Assembly (NCBI GenBank): GCA_041602815.1
Contig: JBFIFO010000003.1
Coordinates: 1-58,334 of the forward strand
Length of the DNA: 58,334 nt
Reading direction: 5' to 3'
Source of the DNA: Alphaproteobacteria bacterium
GTDB lineage: Bacteria > Pseudomonadota > Alphaproteobacteria > UBA8366 > JADFVY01
Position 1 is the first letter of the stretch. Each line of letters opens with the position of its first letter. Position numbers and translations under genes: made by a program. The notes beneath the pieces were generated by a model. That model did no database searches, was not told where the DNA came from, and saw nothing but the letters and a program-made list of their open reading frames with translations. Of this stretch, positions 19,527 through 28,467 are shown piece after piece.

Positions 19527-20978
19527 ATGCATTCCTACGAACGCCTTTCCGGTGCGTCCGGACGGCGCGTGTTTTATCGCGCAGAACGATTCAAGGCGCG
19601 GGACCTGTTCCCGCAGGCGACGGCCAAGGTCGAAATCGACGATACTCTTCTGGCGCTGGAAGACTTGAGCATGACCGGCTTCAGTGCGATTGCTCCCGGT
19701 GCTGCGCTCTGGGCTCCGCGCATCGGCGAGGAGTATGCCATCCGCCTCCTGCTTGACGATATGGTGCTGCACGAGGGGCGTGCGAAAGTATGTCGAATTG
19801 GTCGGCAGAAATGCGGCGTGAGTGTCGGGCTCGGGCTGACATCGGATTACCTCGACATCGCCGACGTCATAGGCAAGCGCAACCGCCACCTCCTCGATCT
19901 CGAAATCGGCCATGGCCTGGTCCCCGATACTGGCCTCGTCGATCCCGAATACAGAAAGCTCAGCGCCGACGTCGTGCACCTCTTGCGGAACTTCCGCGCG
20001 ATCCTCGAGCGGCACGAGTTGCGTGGCAACGGTTATGCGTCCCCGCCACCGCAAAGTCCGATTGACGAAGCGCTGCAGCTTTGTGAGGAACGGATTATTC
20101 CCGCATGGCGCCAGCACTGGGAGCATGCCAACAGTCTCGTTGAACCGTTGATGTCCGAACCGGACCGCTTGCGGGCGACGAAGCGGTTTACCGAACTCGT
20201 CGTGACGCCGGAGTTCATGGATGGACCGATCTGGCGCCGCAGTTACGAGAAGCCGCTCGGATACCCGGGCGACTATCAGGTGATGAATCATGTCTATGCC
20301 TGGCGGCGCGAAGGCGATTCCGCGACCGGCAAGCTTCTTCATCGTGCAGGACTCGAGGTTGCCGAGTGCATCGGCACGCGCATGCGCATGATTGAACAGA
20401 TGATCGCCCACGAGGTCGCGTCCCGACCGGCGGGCGAAGTCACTCATATCGCCAGCATCGGAAGCGGCCCGGCCAAGGAAGTGTCGAATTACCTTCAGGC
20501 CGACGAAATCCCGGGTGTCGTATCGTTTACCCTCGTCGACCAGGAACATGAAGCGCTCGAGCAGGCCTACAGCGATATCTACCCACAGACCACGCGGCAC
20601 GGGGGCAGGGCTGCGGTGCAGTGCCTGAACATGTCCTTCGTTGACCTGGCCAAGAAGAACCGGGTGTTCCCCGGCGTCGGACCGCAGGACTTCATCTACA
20701 GCGTGGGAATCGTCGACTATCTGGCAGATCATCGGGCGCGCAGCCTGGTCGCGTCGTTGTACGACCGACTGGCGCCGGGCGGCCGGCTGGTCATCGGAAA
20801 CATGCGCAGGACCAGTCTAAGCAATCTCTGGCCGATGGAATTCATCTGCGACTGGAGCGTCTATTATCGCGACGAGGCCGAAATGTGGGCCATGGTGGAG
20901 GGGTTGTCGGCAACGTCGCGCAAGCTCGAGACCGACCCGACCGGGCGCGTGTACATGCTGACTCTCCGCAAACCCTGA
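19527..20978 (+). CDS. PilZ-like domain + class I SAM-dependent methyltransferase (PhcB-like)
   Basis: N-terminal RVFYR (RxxxR) and DLSMTG (DxSxxG); central RRSYEKPLGYPGDYQVMNHVY; C-terminal IASIGSGPAKE, FTLVDQE, DFIYSVGIVDYL, LAPGGRLVIGN. Confidence 0.8.
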   Translation: MHSYERLSGASGRRVFYRAERFKARDLFPQATAKVEIDDTLLALEDLSMTGFSAIAPGAALWAPRIGEEYAIRLLLDDMVLHEGRAKVCRIGRQKCGVSVGLGLTSDYLDIADVIGKRNRHLLDLEIGHGLVPDTGLVDPEYRKLSADVVHLLRNFRAILERHELRGNGYASPPPQSPIDEALQLCEERIIPAWRQHWEHANSLVEPLMSEPDRLRATKRFTELVVTPEFMDGPIWRRSYEKPLGYPGDYQVMNHVYAWRREGDSATGKLLHRAGLEVAECIGTRMRMIEQMIAHEVASRPAGEVTHIASIGSGPAKEVSNYLQADEIPGVVSFTLVDQEHEALEQAYSDIYPQTTRHGGRAAVQCLNMSFVDLAKKNRVFPGVGPQDFIYSVGIVDYLADHRARSLVASLYDRLAPGGRLVIGNMRRTSLSNLWPMEFICDWSVYYRDEAEMWAMVEGLSATSRKLETDPTGRVYMLTLRKP

Positions 20979-21037
20979 CCACGCCCCTCGCGCGGCAGAC
21001 GCCGAATCGAGCCAGTTCGCAAAGACAGAGCGCCGCT

Positions 21038-22450
21038 TCAGCCGGGCAACTGGAGGGACTGCTGGGTGTCGAAAATCGTGCGCTCTGGCGGCAGGCGCAT
21101 CGTCACGACGGTGCCCTGCCCGGGCTTGCTGTCGATGGTCAGTTGCCCGCCGTGCCATTCGATGATCTTTTGCACGATGGGAAGCCCCAGTCCGGTACCG
21201 CCGCGTGAGCTGGTGTACGGGTGCGCGGCCCGATAGAATGGTTGCGTTGCGTTCCCCAAATCTTCTGCCGCCATGCCGATCCCGCTGTCGGCTACGCTCA
21301 ACACGCATGCGCCGGCCTCGTCCATCCACAGGGCGACGGAGACCTCACCACCCTTTTCGGTGAATTTGACACCGTTCGACACCAAATTGATGAGCACCTG
21401 CCGGAGCCGTCCGGGGTCGGCCATCACGACGACGCTGTGCTGCGGCAGCGAAGCCGAAATCCTGAGGCCGTGCGAGATATCCGGGACCCGGAACATCCGC
21501 AGGCACTCATCGACGATCCGGCACATGTCGACCTCGCATTCGGCGAAGGACAGCTTTCCCGCCTCCGCCGTCGCCAGATCGAGCATATCTCCGATGATGC
21601 TCAGCAGGTGGCTGCCGCTGGAGTAGATGTCCTCAGCGTAGATCTTATAACGGGGCGTGCCCAACGGCCCCAGGATCTCTTCCTTGACGATCTCGGAGAA
21701 TCCGATGATCGCATTGAGCGGCGTGCGTAGTTCGTGGCTCATGCTGGCCAGGAATTCCGTCTTTGCCTTGTTTGCCGCGTCTGCCCTGCGGCGCAGCCGC
21801 TCGGAGGCCGCCTTTTCGTATGTCAAAAGGCGAGTTTGGAGGTGATTCAGGCGCAGGTACAGTTCCTGCACATAGTTGACAACGCCACCGACCGCAATCG
21901 CCATTGCCAGGAAGAAATTGTTGCTCAGCAACACCTCGTAAGGAACGGGGTTCAGGACGAACGCCGACAACTGATAGATGGCGAACAGGATCAGCGAGAC
22001 GATCAGCGAATACACGTGGTGGAGACGCAGCACGCTGGCGCAGTAGATCACCACCATGATCAGGCCGGCGTAGTACCAGTAACTTGCGGGCGGTTCACCG
22101 AACACCGTCATGGCAATGATGCCCATGCCCGCGGCAAACATTGCGAGCGACAGTCCGGCCTGGGCGCAGCGCACGAAGTTGCGGTGATAGGTCAGGGCAA
22201 AGACCCCGAAGATGACCGGGAACACAAAGCCGAACCGGACAGCCCAGAACCGACTGACCACCTCGGGCATGAGCAGTGCGTCAAGCACGCCGAACAGCCC
22301 ATACAGAAACGCGCCGGCCAGCAGGCCGAGCCGTATGACCGGTCGCGAATCGAGCATGTGTCTGTACAGAAAGCGCCGTTCCGCGATTCTGTTCTTGAAC
22401 CGCAGGCTGAACATGTTCAGCTCTGAGAGGTTCGCCTTCCAGACGCTCAT
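21038..22450 (-). CDS. Membrane sensor histidine kinase with 6-TM input and PleC/DivJ(PdhS)-type transmitter
   Basis: Six hydrophobic segments, then EFLASMSHELRTPLNAIIGFSEIVKEEILGPLGTPRYKIYAEDIYSSGSHLL; NLVSNGVKFT, DSGIGM, GGTGLGL. Confidence 0.9.
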   Translation of the reverse strand: MSVWKANLSELNMFSLRFKNRIAERRFLYRHMLDSRPVIRLGLLAGAFLYGLFGVLDALLMPEVVSRFWAVRFGFVFPVIFGVFALTYHRNFVRCAQAGLSLAMFAAGMGIIAMTVFGEPPASYWYYAGLIMVVIYCASVLRLHHVYSLIVSLILFAIYQLSAFVLNPVPYEVLLSNNFFLAMAIAVGGVVNYVQELYLRLNHLQTRLLTYEKAASERLRRRADAANKAKTEFLASMSHELRTPLNAIIGFSEIVKEEILGPLGTPRYKIYAEDIYSSGSHLLSIIGDMLDLATAEAGKLSFAECEVDMCRIVDECLRMFRVPDISHGLRISASLPQHSVVVMADPGRLRQVLINLVSNGVKFTEKGGEVSVALWMDEAGACVLSVADSGIGMAAEDLGNATQPFYRAAHPYTSSRGGTGLGLPIVQKIIEWHGGQLTIDSKPGQGTVVTMRLPPERTIFDTQQSLQLPG

Positions 22451-22520
22451 AGCGTCACCAACTGTGCTCCTCGCCGGACCGGGCCTTTTCGGCCACTTTA
22501 CACAACTGTCGCCGAATATA

Positions 22521-22536
22521 GTTAACCAATTGTTAT
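22521..22536 (-). promoter_or_regulatory. CtrA-like box (1 mismatch) upstream of the 6-TM kinase
   Basis: Minus strand reads ATAA-CAATTGG-TTAAC, about 70 bp upstream of the start at 22450. Confidence 0.5.
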
Positions 22537-22682
22537 GACCGGAAATCCGCCCTTAACGATTTGGCGGCCACGTCATGCTTTCGCAGGCTGCTCAAACATT
22601 TGTGCCCCGTTGAATCCGGAGCATCTGGCGTCGCCGCAATGCTCAGCCGCCAGCCCTGCGTTCGTGTCCCGGCGGGCGTCAG

Positions 22683-24362
22683 TCAGGCGCTGCGGACCTC
22701 ACCCAGGAATCTCTCGACCTCGCGGCGCAGGCCCTCAGCCTGCTGCGCCATTTGCTGCGACGCGCTGAGTACCTGGCCGGCTGCAAGGCCTGTTTCGCCG
22801 ACAGCCTTGGAGACGCTTTCGATATTCTGGTTCACATCCTGGGTGCCGCGCGCCGCCTGCTGAACGTTGCGGGCGATTTCCTTTGTCGAGATCCCTTGCT
22901 GTTCGACCGCGGACGAGATGGTCGTCGCGATTTCGTTGACTTCGCCGATGATCGCGCGAATCTTCTCGATCGCGCCGACCGCATCGGTGGTTTCCTCCTG
23001 CACGGAAGCGATCTGCTGCGAAATTTCCTCGGTTGCGCGTGCTGTCTGGTTGGCAAGGTTCTTGACCTCCTGGGCGACGACGGCGAAGCCCTTGCCGGCC
23101 TCGCCCGCGCGGGCCGCCTCGATGGTCGCATTGAGGGCAAGCAGGTTGGTCTGTCCGGCAATGTCGCTGATCAGCTTCACAACGTCGCCGATCTTCTCCG
23201 CCGCTTCAGCCAGCCCCTGAACCGTCGTGTTGGTCGCCTCGGCCTCGGCAACCGCGTTCTGCGCGATCTTCGCCGACTGCATGACCTGGCGGCCAATCTC
23301 GGCGATCGAAGCAGACAGCTCCTCCGCCGTTGCGGCTACCGTCTGTACATTGGCGGCAGCCTCCTCGGACGCAGTGGCCACGTTGGTCGACTGGCGGCTT
23401 GTCTGTTCCGCCGTGGCCGACATTTGCTGTGCCGTCACCTGCATCTGCGTCGCGGCGGACGACACCCCTTCCACGACCTTCTTGACCTGTACTTCGAAGC
23501 GATCCGCCATTTCGCGAACGGTCTGGCGTCGCTCCTCAAACGCGCGCTGCTGGGAAGCCTCCTGTACCTCCTCCAGTCGCCGCTTCTCCACGGCGTTGTC
23601 TTTGAATATCTGCACAGCGCGCGCCATGTCGGCGACCTCGTCGCTGCCGTCCTGACCAGGCACGGCGACATCGGTATTGCCGCCGGCAATTTCCGCCATG
23701 ACCTGCGTAAGGCGCGAAATCGGGCGCGTGATGGTGCCGCCGACGAAATACAAGACGAGGACCAGCGCGCCGGCGAAGACTCCCCCCACAACCAGGGCGA
23801 TTTGTGACGAACTGGCGACCTCGTCGTTCAGCGCAGCGCTCGAACGGGCCACGTCCAGCACCACCAGATTCTGGAGTTCCGCCAGAAGATCAACAAGACC
23901 TTCGCCGTATTCGTCGATATCGTCGTCGAACCGGGCAAAATCCTGGCCGGCCCCGCTTTCGATTGCCTGCACGAGTTCGACCCGGATCACGCGGTCCGCA
24001 ATGTTGGTCAGCTCGGCAACCTCCGCTGCAAGTTCCGGCTTGTTTGCCCGTTCGGCAACGGCATCGATGATGTGCTGGTTCTCCCGCAACTCACTGATGC
24101 CCCGATCCATCTTTTCGAGACGCTCTTCGTACACATAGCCCTCGTCCGCATCGACGATCGAATCGGCCGCGGCAAGCACCAGCTCGAGGGTGGATACACG
24201 GAGGTCGCCCAGCGTCTGAGCTTCAAGCAGCATCAACTGGTTGGCATTGGTTACGCGCTTGACGGCGGTGCTCGCGTCCCAGGCGACGAGAATCAGTGCA
24301 AACAGAGCGACGACTGCGACCGTCCCCATGAAAACAAGTTTGCGTCTGATGGTCCGTTTCAT
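22683..24362 (-). CDS. Methyl-accepting chemotaxis protein
   Basis: TM-periplasmic helical domain-TM-HAMP; signalling tip IAGQTNLLALNATIEAARAGEAGKGFAVVAQEVKNLA. Confidence 0.95.
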   Translation of the reverse strand: MKRTIRRKLVFMGTVAVVALFALILVAWDASTAVKRVTNANQLMLLEAQTLGDLRVSTLELVLAAADSIVDADEGYVYEERLEKMDRGISELRENQHIIDAVAERANKPELAAEVAELTNIADRVIRVELVQAIESGAGQDFARFDDDIDEYGEGLVDLLAELQNLVVLDVARSSAALNDEVASSSQIALVVGGVFAGALVLVLYFVGGTITRPISRLTQVMAEIAGGNTDVAVPGQDGSDEVADMARAVQIFKDNAVEKRRLEEVQEASQQRAFEERRQTVREMADRFEVQVKKVVEGVSSAATQMQVTAQQMSATAEQTSRQSTNVATASEEAAANVQTVAATAEELSASIAEIGRQVMQSAKIAQNAVAEAEATNTTVQGLAEAAEKIGDVVKLISDIAGQTNLLALNATIEAARAGEAGKGFAVVAQEVKNLANQTARATEEISQQIASVQEETTDAVGAIEKIRAIIGEVNEIATTISSAVEQQGISTKEIARNVQQAARGTQDVNQNIESVSKAVGETGLAAGQVLSASQQMAQQAEGLRREVERFLGEVRSA

Positions 24363-24496
24363 TGCTCGTGCTCCGGCCGCAACGCCAACCGGAACCCCTT
24401 AGACGGGCTCACTCGATTGTCGATGCGCGCGCGACCCCGCTCCACCATACCGGTGGCGCGGCCGGTCCTGTTACGGCGATGATTGGCCAGCGGGGT

Positions 24497-24512
24497 TTAA
24501 GATCGGGTTAAC
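24497..24512 (+). promoter_or_regulatory. Perfect CtrA box upstream of the MCP gene
   Basis: TTAA-GATCGGG-TTAAC, an exact TTAA-N7-TTAAC, intergenic and about 135 bp from the MCP start. Confidence 0.75.
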
Positions 24513-24547
24513 CGCCGAGCCGCGAACTCGACGCCGTTGCCCGGCTG

Positions 24548-25759
24548 TTAGCCGGCGACGGCGACCGCGCCGGATGCGGCGAGGGCCTCGATCTCGTCGC
24601 GGCCATAACCGTGTTCCGACAGCACTTCGGCGGTGTGTTGGCCATATACCGGCGCACCCCGGACCACGCCGCCGGGGGTTCCGGAAAACTTGACCGGAAG
24701 GCCGATGGTCTTGACCGGCCCAAGGCGCGCATGCTCAGCTTTCGTCACCATTTCCCGCGCCAAAACCTGCGGATCGCGGTGCATGGCGGCGATATCGAGA
24801 ACGGGCCCGGCCGGCAGCCCCGCCGCCTCGAATCTGGCCAGCCATTTCTCGGTGGTTCGGTCGGCCAGGTAGCCCTCCAGCGCGGCCGCCAGTTCGTCGA
24901 GATGGGACATGCGGTCGACATTCTCCGTGAATCGCTCGTCCCCTGCCAGATCATGCGCATCGAGAGCATCGAGAAGGCGCAGCCAGTTCGCTTGGTTGGC
25001 GGCCCCGACATTCACCCAGCCGTCCTTCGTCCGCAGCGCCTGGTAGGGCGCATTCAGCGGATGTGCCGAACCCATTGGCCCCGGCGATTCACCGGTGGCG
25101 AAGGCGATGGCCGATTGCCAGTAGGTATGGGTGATCGCCGCTTCGAACAACGAGGTATCGACACGCTGCCCCTCGCCGGTCCGCAACGCATTGACATAGG
25201 CGGAGACAACACCCATCGCGCCGAGAATGCCGGCGGTGATATCGCTCACCGGCGCCCCGACCTTGACAGGCGGCCGGCCAGAGCCCTCGCCGGTGATGCT
25301 CATCAGGCCCGACATGCCCTGTGCGATCAGGTCGAAGCCGCCACGGTCGGCATAGGGGCCGGTGCGCCCGAAACCGGAGATCTCGCAGTAAATAAGCCGA
25401 GGATTGTCCTTCTTCAGCTCGTCGTATCCAAGCCCCAGCCGCTCCATGGTGCCGCGCCGGTAATTCTCGATGACGACGTCGGCATCGTGCAGCAATCTGC
25501 GCAGTACCGCCTTGCCTTGAACGTCCTTCAGGTTGATGGCAACGCCGCGCTTGTTGCGGTTCATCATCATGAAGGCCGCGGATTCGCCGTCGATCTCCGG
25601 CGGCACCGAGCGGCGCGTGTCGTCGCCGCCGGGCATCTTCTCCACCTTGATGACGTCGGCCCCCATGTCGGCGAGCATCAGGCCGCAGACCGGGCCGGCC
25701 ATGATGTGCGCCAATTCGATGACCTTCATCCCCCGCAAAGGACCGCGGCGCTCGGTCAT
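24548..25759 (-). CDS. CaiB/BaiF (class III) CoA-transferase
   Basis: GPLRGMKVIELAHIMAGP, LADMGADVIKVE, NRNKRGV, DVVIENYRRG, ISGFGRTGP, GFDLIAQGMSGLMSITG. Start trimmed to ATG 25759. Confidence 0.93.
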   Translation of the reverse strand: MTERRGPLRGMKVIELAHIMAGPVCGLMLADMGADVIKVEKMPGGDDTRRSVPPEIDGESAAFMMMNRNKRGVAINLKDVQGKAVLRRLLHDADVVIENYRRGTMERLGLGYDELKKDNPRLIYCEISGFGRTGPYADRGGFDLIAQGMSGLMSITGEGSGRPPVKVGAPVSDITAGILGAMGVVSAYVNALRTGEGQRVDTSLFEAAITHTYWQSAIAFATGESPGPMGSAHPLNAPYQALRTKDGWVNVGAANQANWLRLLDALDAHDLAGDERFTENVDRMSHLDELAAALEGYLADRTTEKWLARFEAAGLPAGPVLDIAAMHRDPQVLAREMVTKAEHARLGPVKTIGLPVKFSGTPGGVVRGAPVYGQHTAEVLSEHGYGRDEIEALAASGAVAVAG

Positions 25760-25761
25760 GC

Positions 25762-26544
25762 TCAACGCCCCTTGAAGGCCGGCTTGATCTTGTCCAGGAA
25801 CGACTGGTAGCCGATCTGGAAATCCTCGGTGGCATAGCACGCATAACCTTCATCGCGTTCTTCTGCGGTGAGCGGCGTCGGATCTTCGAGGCGTTCGGCG
25901 AACTTCTTGTGCCAGCGAGCGACCAGCGGGGCGCCTTCGGCAATGCGCTGCGCCGCCGCGTAGGCCTCCTCGTCGACCCTGTCGTCCGGCACGACCCGCG
26001 TGACGATACCCTTTTCCTTTGCTTCCGCCGCGCCGAAGATGCGACCCTCCAGAAGTATCTCGAGGGCAACCGAGCGACCCACCAGCCGCATCAGTGCAGC
26101 AATCTCCGGGTAGGCCATGACCAGCCCGAGTTGCTTGATCGGCACTCCGAAACGGCTTGATTCGCCGCAGATGCGCAGGTCGCACAAACCAGCGATCTCC
26201 ATGCCGCCGCCGACGCAAACCCCCTGTATGAGCGCCACCGTCGGGTGGCGGCAACCGCCAAGCGCTTTGAGCGTACGGTGGAGAATTTCCCCATAGGCCT
26301 TGGCCTGTTCCGGGTTTGAGCGGTCGGTCGCGAATTCCGAGATGTCGTTGCCCGGCGAAAACGCTTTGCCGCCGGCGCCGCGCAGCACGATACAGCGGAG
26401 GTCGTCATCCGCAGACAGCTCGTCCATGACGTCGCCTAGGCGCAGCCACATCGGTTTCGTCATGGCATTCAGCTTTTCGGGGCGGTTCAGCGTGACCGTC
26501 GCGATATGGCCATCGCGGCGGACCAGGATGGTCTCGTTCGGCAT
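25762..26544 (-). CDS. Enoyl-CoA hydratase/isomerase (crotonase) family
   Basis: TLNRPEKLNAM, AFSPGNDISEF, GVCVGGGMEIAGLCDLRI, FGVPIKQLG. Confidence 0.92.
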   Translation of the reverse strand: MPNETILVRRDGHIATVTLNRPEKLNAMTKPMWLRLGDVMDELSADDDLRCIVLRGAGGKAFSPGNDISEFATDRSNPEQAKAYGEILHRTLKALGGCRHPTVALIQGVCVGGGMEIAGLCDLRICGESSRFGVPIKQLGLVMAYPEIAALMRLVGRSVALEILLEGRIFGAAEAKEKGIVTRVVPDDRVDEEAYAAAQRIAEGAPLVARWHKKFAERLEDPTPLTAEERDEGYACYATEDFQIGYQSFLDKIKPAFKGR

Positions 26545-26557
26545 TGTCGCGCCTTTC

Positions 26558-27841
26558 CTAACGGTAAAACAGTTCTACCAGAGCCATCGGCACGATCGGA
26601 ACATAGGTGACCAGCAGCAGCACCGCTGCGATGACGCCGATGAAGTAGATGTTGACCTTGCTGACGTCCCAGATATTCGCCTTGGCGACCGCGCAGGCGG
26701 TGATGAGCACCGACGCCACCGGCGGTGTCTGTTGCCCGATTCCAAGGTTGAGGGTGACGACAAGCCCGAAATGCACGGGATCGATGCCGGCAGCATAGAC
26801 CAGGGGCATCACGATCGGCACGACCAGAATGATCGCCGCCGCCGAATGCAGGAACAGGCCGATGACGAGGAAGAAAGCGTTGAGTAGCGCCAGCACCGCA
26901 TAGCGGTTGTTGGTCCAGCTCAGGATCGTCGCTGCGAGCTTCTGCGGGACTTGCTGTTCGGTCAGATACACGCCGACGAGCGCCGAAGCTGCAACGAGCA
27001 GCATGACCACTGCCGTCTGGACACCGCCCTCGATGATGGCGTCGTGCAGATGTCGCCAGTCGAGTTCGCGATAGATCAGTCCACCGATGACGAGGGCGGC
27101 GACCACCGCGAGTCCGGCTCCTTCCGTCGCCGTCACGAAACCTCCGAAAATTCCCCCGAGGATGATGAAGGGAAGCAGGAAAGCCCAGGCCGCATCCTTG
27201 AATGTCCGCCAGAGCCGCTTGAGCTGAAAGACCTCCTCGACGGGATAATTGTGCCGGCGCGCGAACCAGTATGAGACGGCCATCATGCCGACACCGCCGA
27301 TGACCCCGGGAACGATTCCCGCAACAAAGAGCTGGACCACGGAGCTATCCGACATCACCGCATACAAAATCATCGGGATCGACGGCGGGATAATCACCGC
27401 GATCGTTGCCGAAGACGACGTTACGGCCGCTGCGAACGGCGTCGGGTAGCCTTTCCGCTTCATGGCGGGGATCAGGATCGAACCGAGCGCCGCGACATCG
27501 GCGACCGCGGAACCCGAGATCTCCGCAAAGAACATCGAAGCGGCGATGTTTACCATCGCCAATCCGCCGCGGATGAAGCCCAGCAGCGCCGAGGCGAACG
27601 CGATCAGTCGCCGGGAAATGCCCGACGAATTCATGATTGCGCCGGCGAGAATGAACATCGGGATCGCAAGGAGGGGGAACTTGGTTGCGCCGTCATACAT
27701 GACAAGAGCAACGTTCGGCAGCAGATCGAGGCCGCCGGTCGCGAGCATGGCGACGACGGCGACGGTCGCCAGCGCGATGGCGATCGGCACGTTGATCAGG
27801 ATCAGTGCGATGAGCCCCACAAGCATCAGCAACAGCGTCAC
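26558..27841 (-). CDS. dctM: TRAP transporter large permease
   Basis: LLAIPMFILAG, ISGSAVAD, IIPPSIPMI, GFVTATE, GIDPVHFG, QQTPPV; multi-TM. Confidence 0.92.
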   Translation of the reverse strand: MTLLLMLVGLIALILINVPIAIALATVAVVAMLATGGLDLLPNVALVMYDGATKFPLLAIPMFILAGAIMNSSGISRRLIAFASALLGFIRGGLAMVNIAASMFFAEISGSAVADVAALGSILIPAMKRKGYPTPFAAAVTSSSATIAVIIPPSIPMILYAVMSDSSVVQLFVAGIVPGVIGGVGMMAVSYWFARRHNYPVEEVFQLKRLWRTFKDAAWAFLLPFIILGGIFGGFVTATEGAGLAVVAALVIGGLIYRELDWRHLHDAIIEGGVQTAVVMLLVAASALVGVYLTEQQVPQKLAATILSWTNNRYAVLALLNAFFLVIGLFLHSAAAIILVVPIVMPLVYAAGIDPVHFGLVVTLNLGIGQQTPPVASVLITACAVAKANIWDVSKVNIYFIGVIAAVLLLVTYVPIVPMALVELFYR

Positions 27842-28389
27842 GAATCGGGACTCCCTTGCACGGCACCGGCGCCCGGCGCAGGTTGTCCTGGCTCATCGTG
27901 GAGCTTTCGCCCGGCGCGAACCCGCTGCCAGGTCTCCGGCAGGCTGAGCGCCTCGCCGATCATGAACAGGACGGCGCCGATCGGGATCACCGACTGCGTG
28001 AACTGGACGGGCACCTGGGGCAGGCTGACCAGCGTGTCGCCCTGGAGGAATTGCAGGATGAACCAGCCGACCCATGCCAGCAATCCGAAGAACCCGAACA
28101 CGACGATCTCGGAGAGCGCCAGCAATACGAGACCCATGCGTGGCGGAACCGCCTCCACGATTCCTTCGAAGCCGATGTGGTTTCGCTTAAGGGCTGCGAG
28201 AGCAGCACAATAATAGGTCAGCCAGGCAAGCATGATCGATGCGACTTCGTCGTACCAGACCAGGGATGCCCCCGCCTTGCGGTAAACGACCGCGACGACC
28301 ACGACCGCGGTAAGCGAAACCATCAGGAAGATAGTAACGGCCTCGAGAGCACGTTCGAACATTCGACGCGCAAGCGCGAGCGTCACCAT
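27838..28389 (-). CDS. dctQ: TRAP transporter small permease
   Basis: About 4 TM; SLVWYDEVAS, HIG; RBS GGAGGGAGG before ATG 28389. Confidence 0.88.
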   Translation of the reverse strand: MVTLALARRMFERALEAVTIFLMVSLTAVVVVAVVYRKAGASLVWYDEVASIMLAWLTYYCAALAALKRNHIGFEGIVEAVPPRMGLVLLALSEIVVFGFFGLLAWVGWFILQFLQGDTLVSLPQVPVQFTQSVIPIGAVLFMIGEALSLPETWQRVRAGRKLHDEPGQPAPGAGAVQGSPDS

Positions 28390-28414
28390 CGGGACCTCCC
28401 TCCGCCCGGTCGGC

Positions 28415-28455
28415 AAAAGCCCCCGTCCGGACGCGCAGGTCCGGGCCGGGGGCTT
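28415..28455 (-). terminator. Stem-loop with U-tract between dctP and dctQ (partial terminator or mRNA stabiliser)
   Basis: Minus strand AAGCCCCCGGCCCGGAC-CTGCGC-GTCCGGACGGGGGCTTTT. Confidence 0.65.
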
Positions 28456-28467
28456 CAGTCGTACCGA

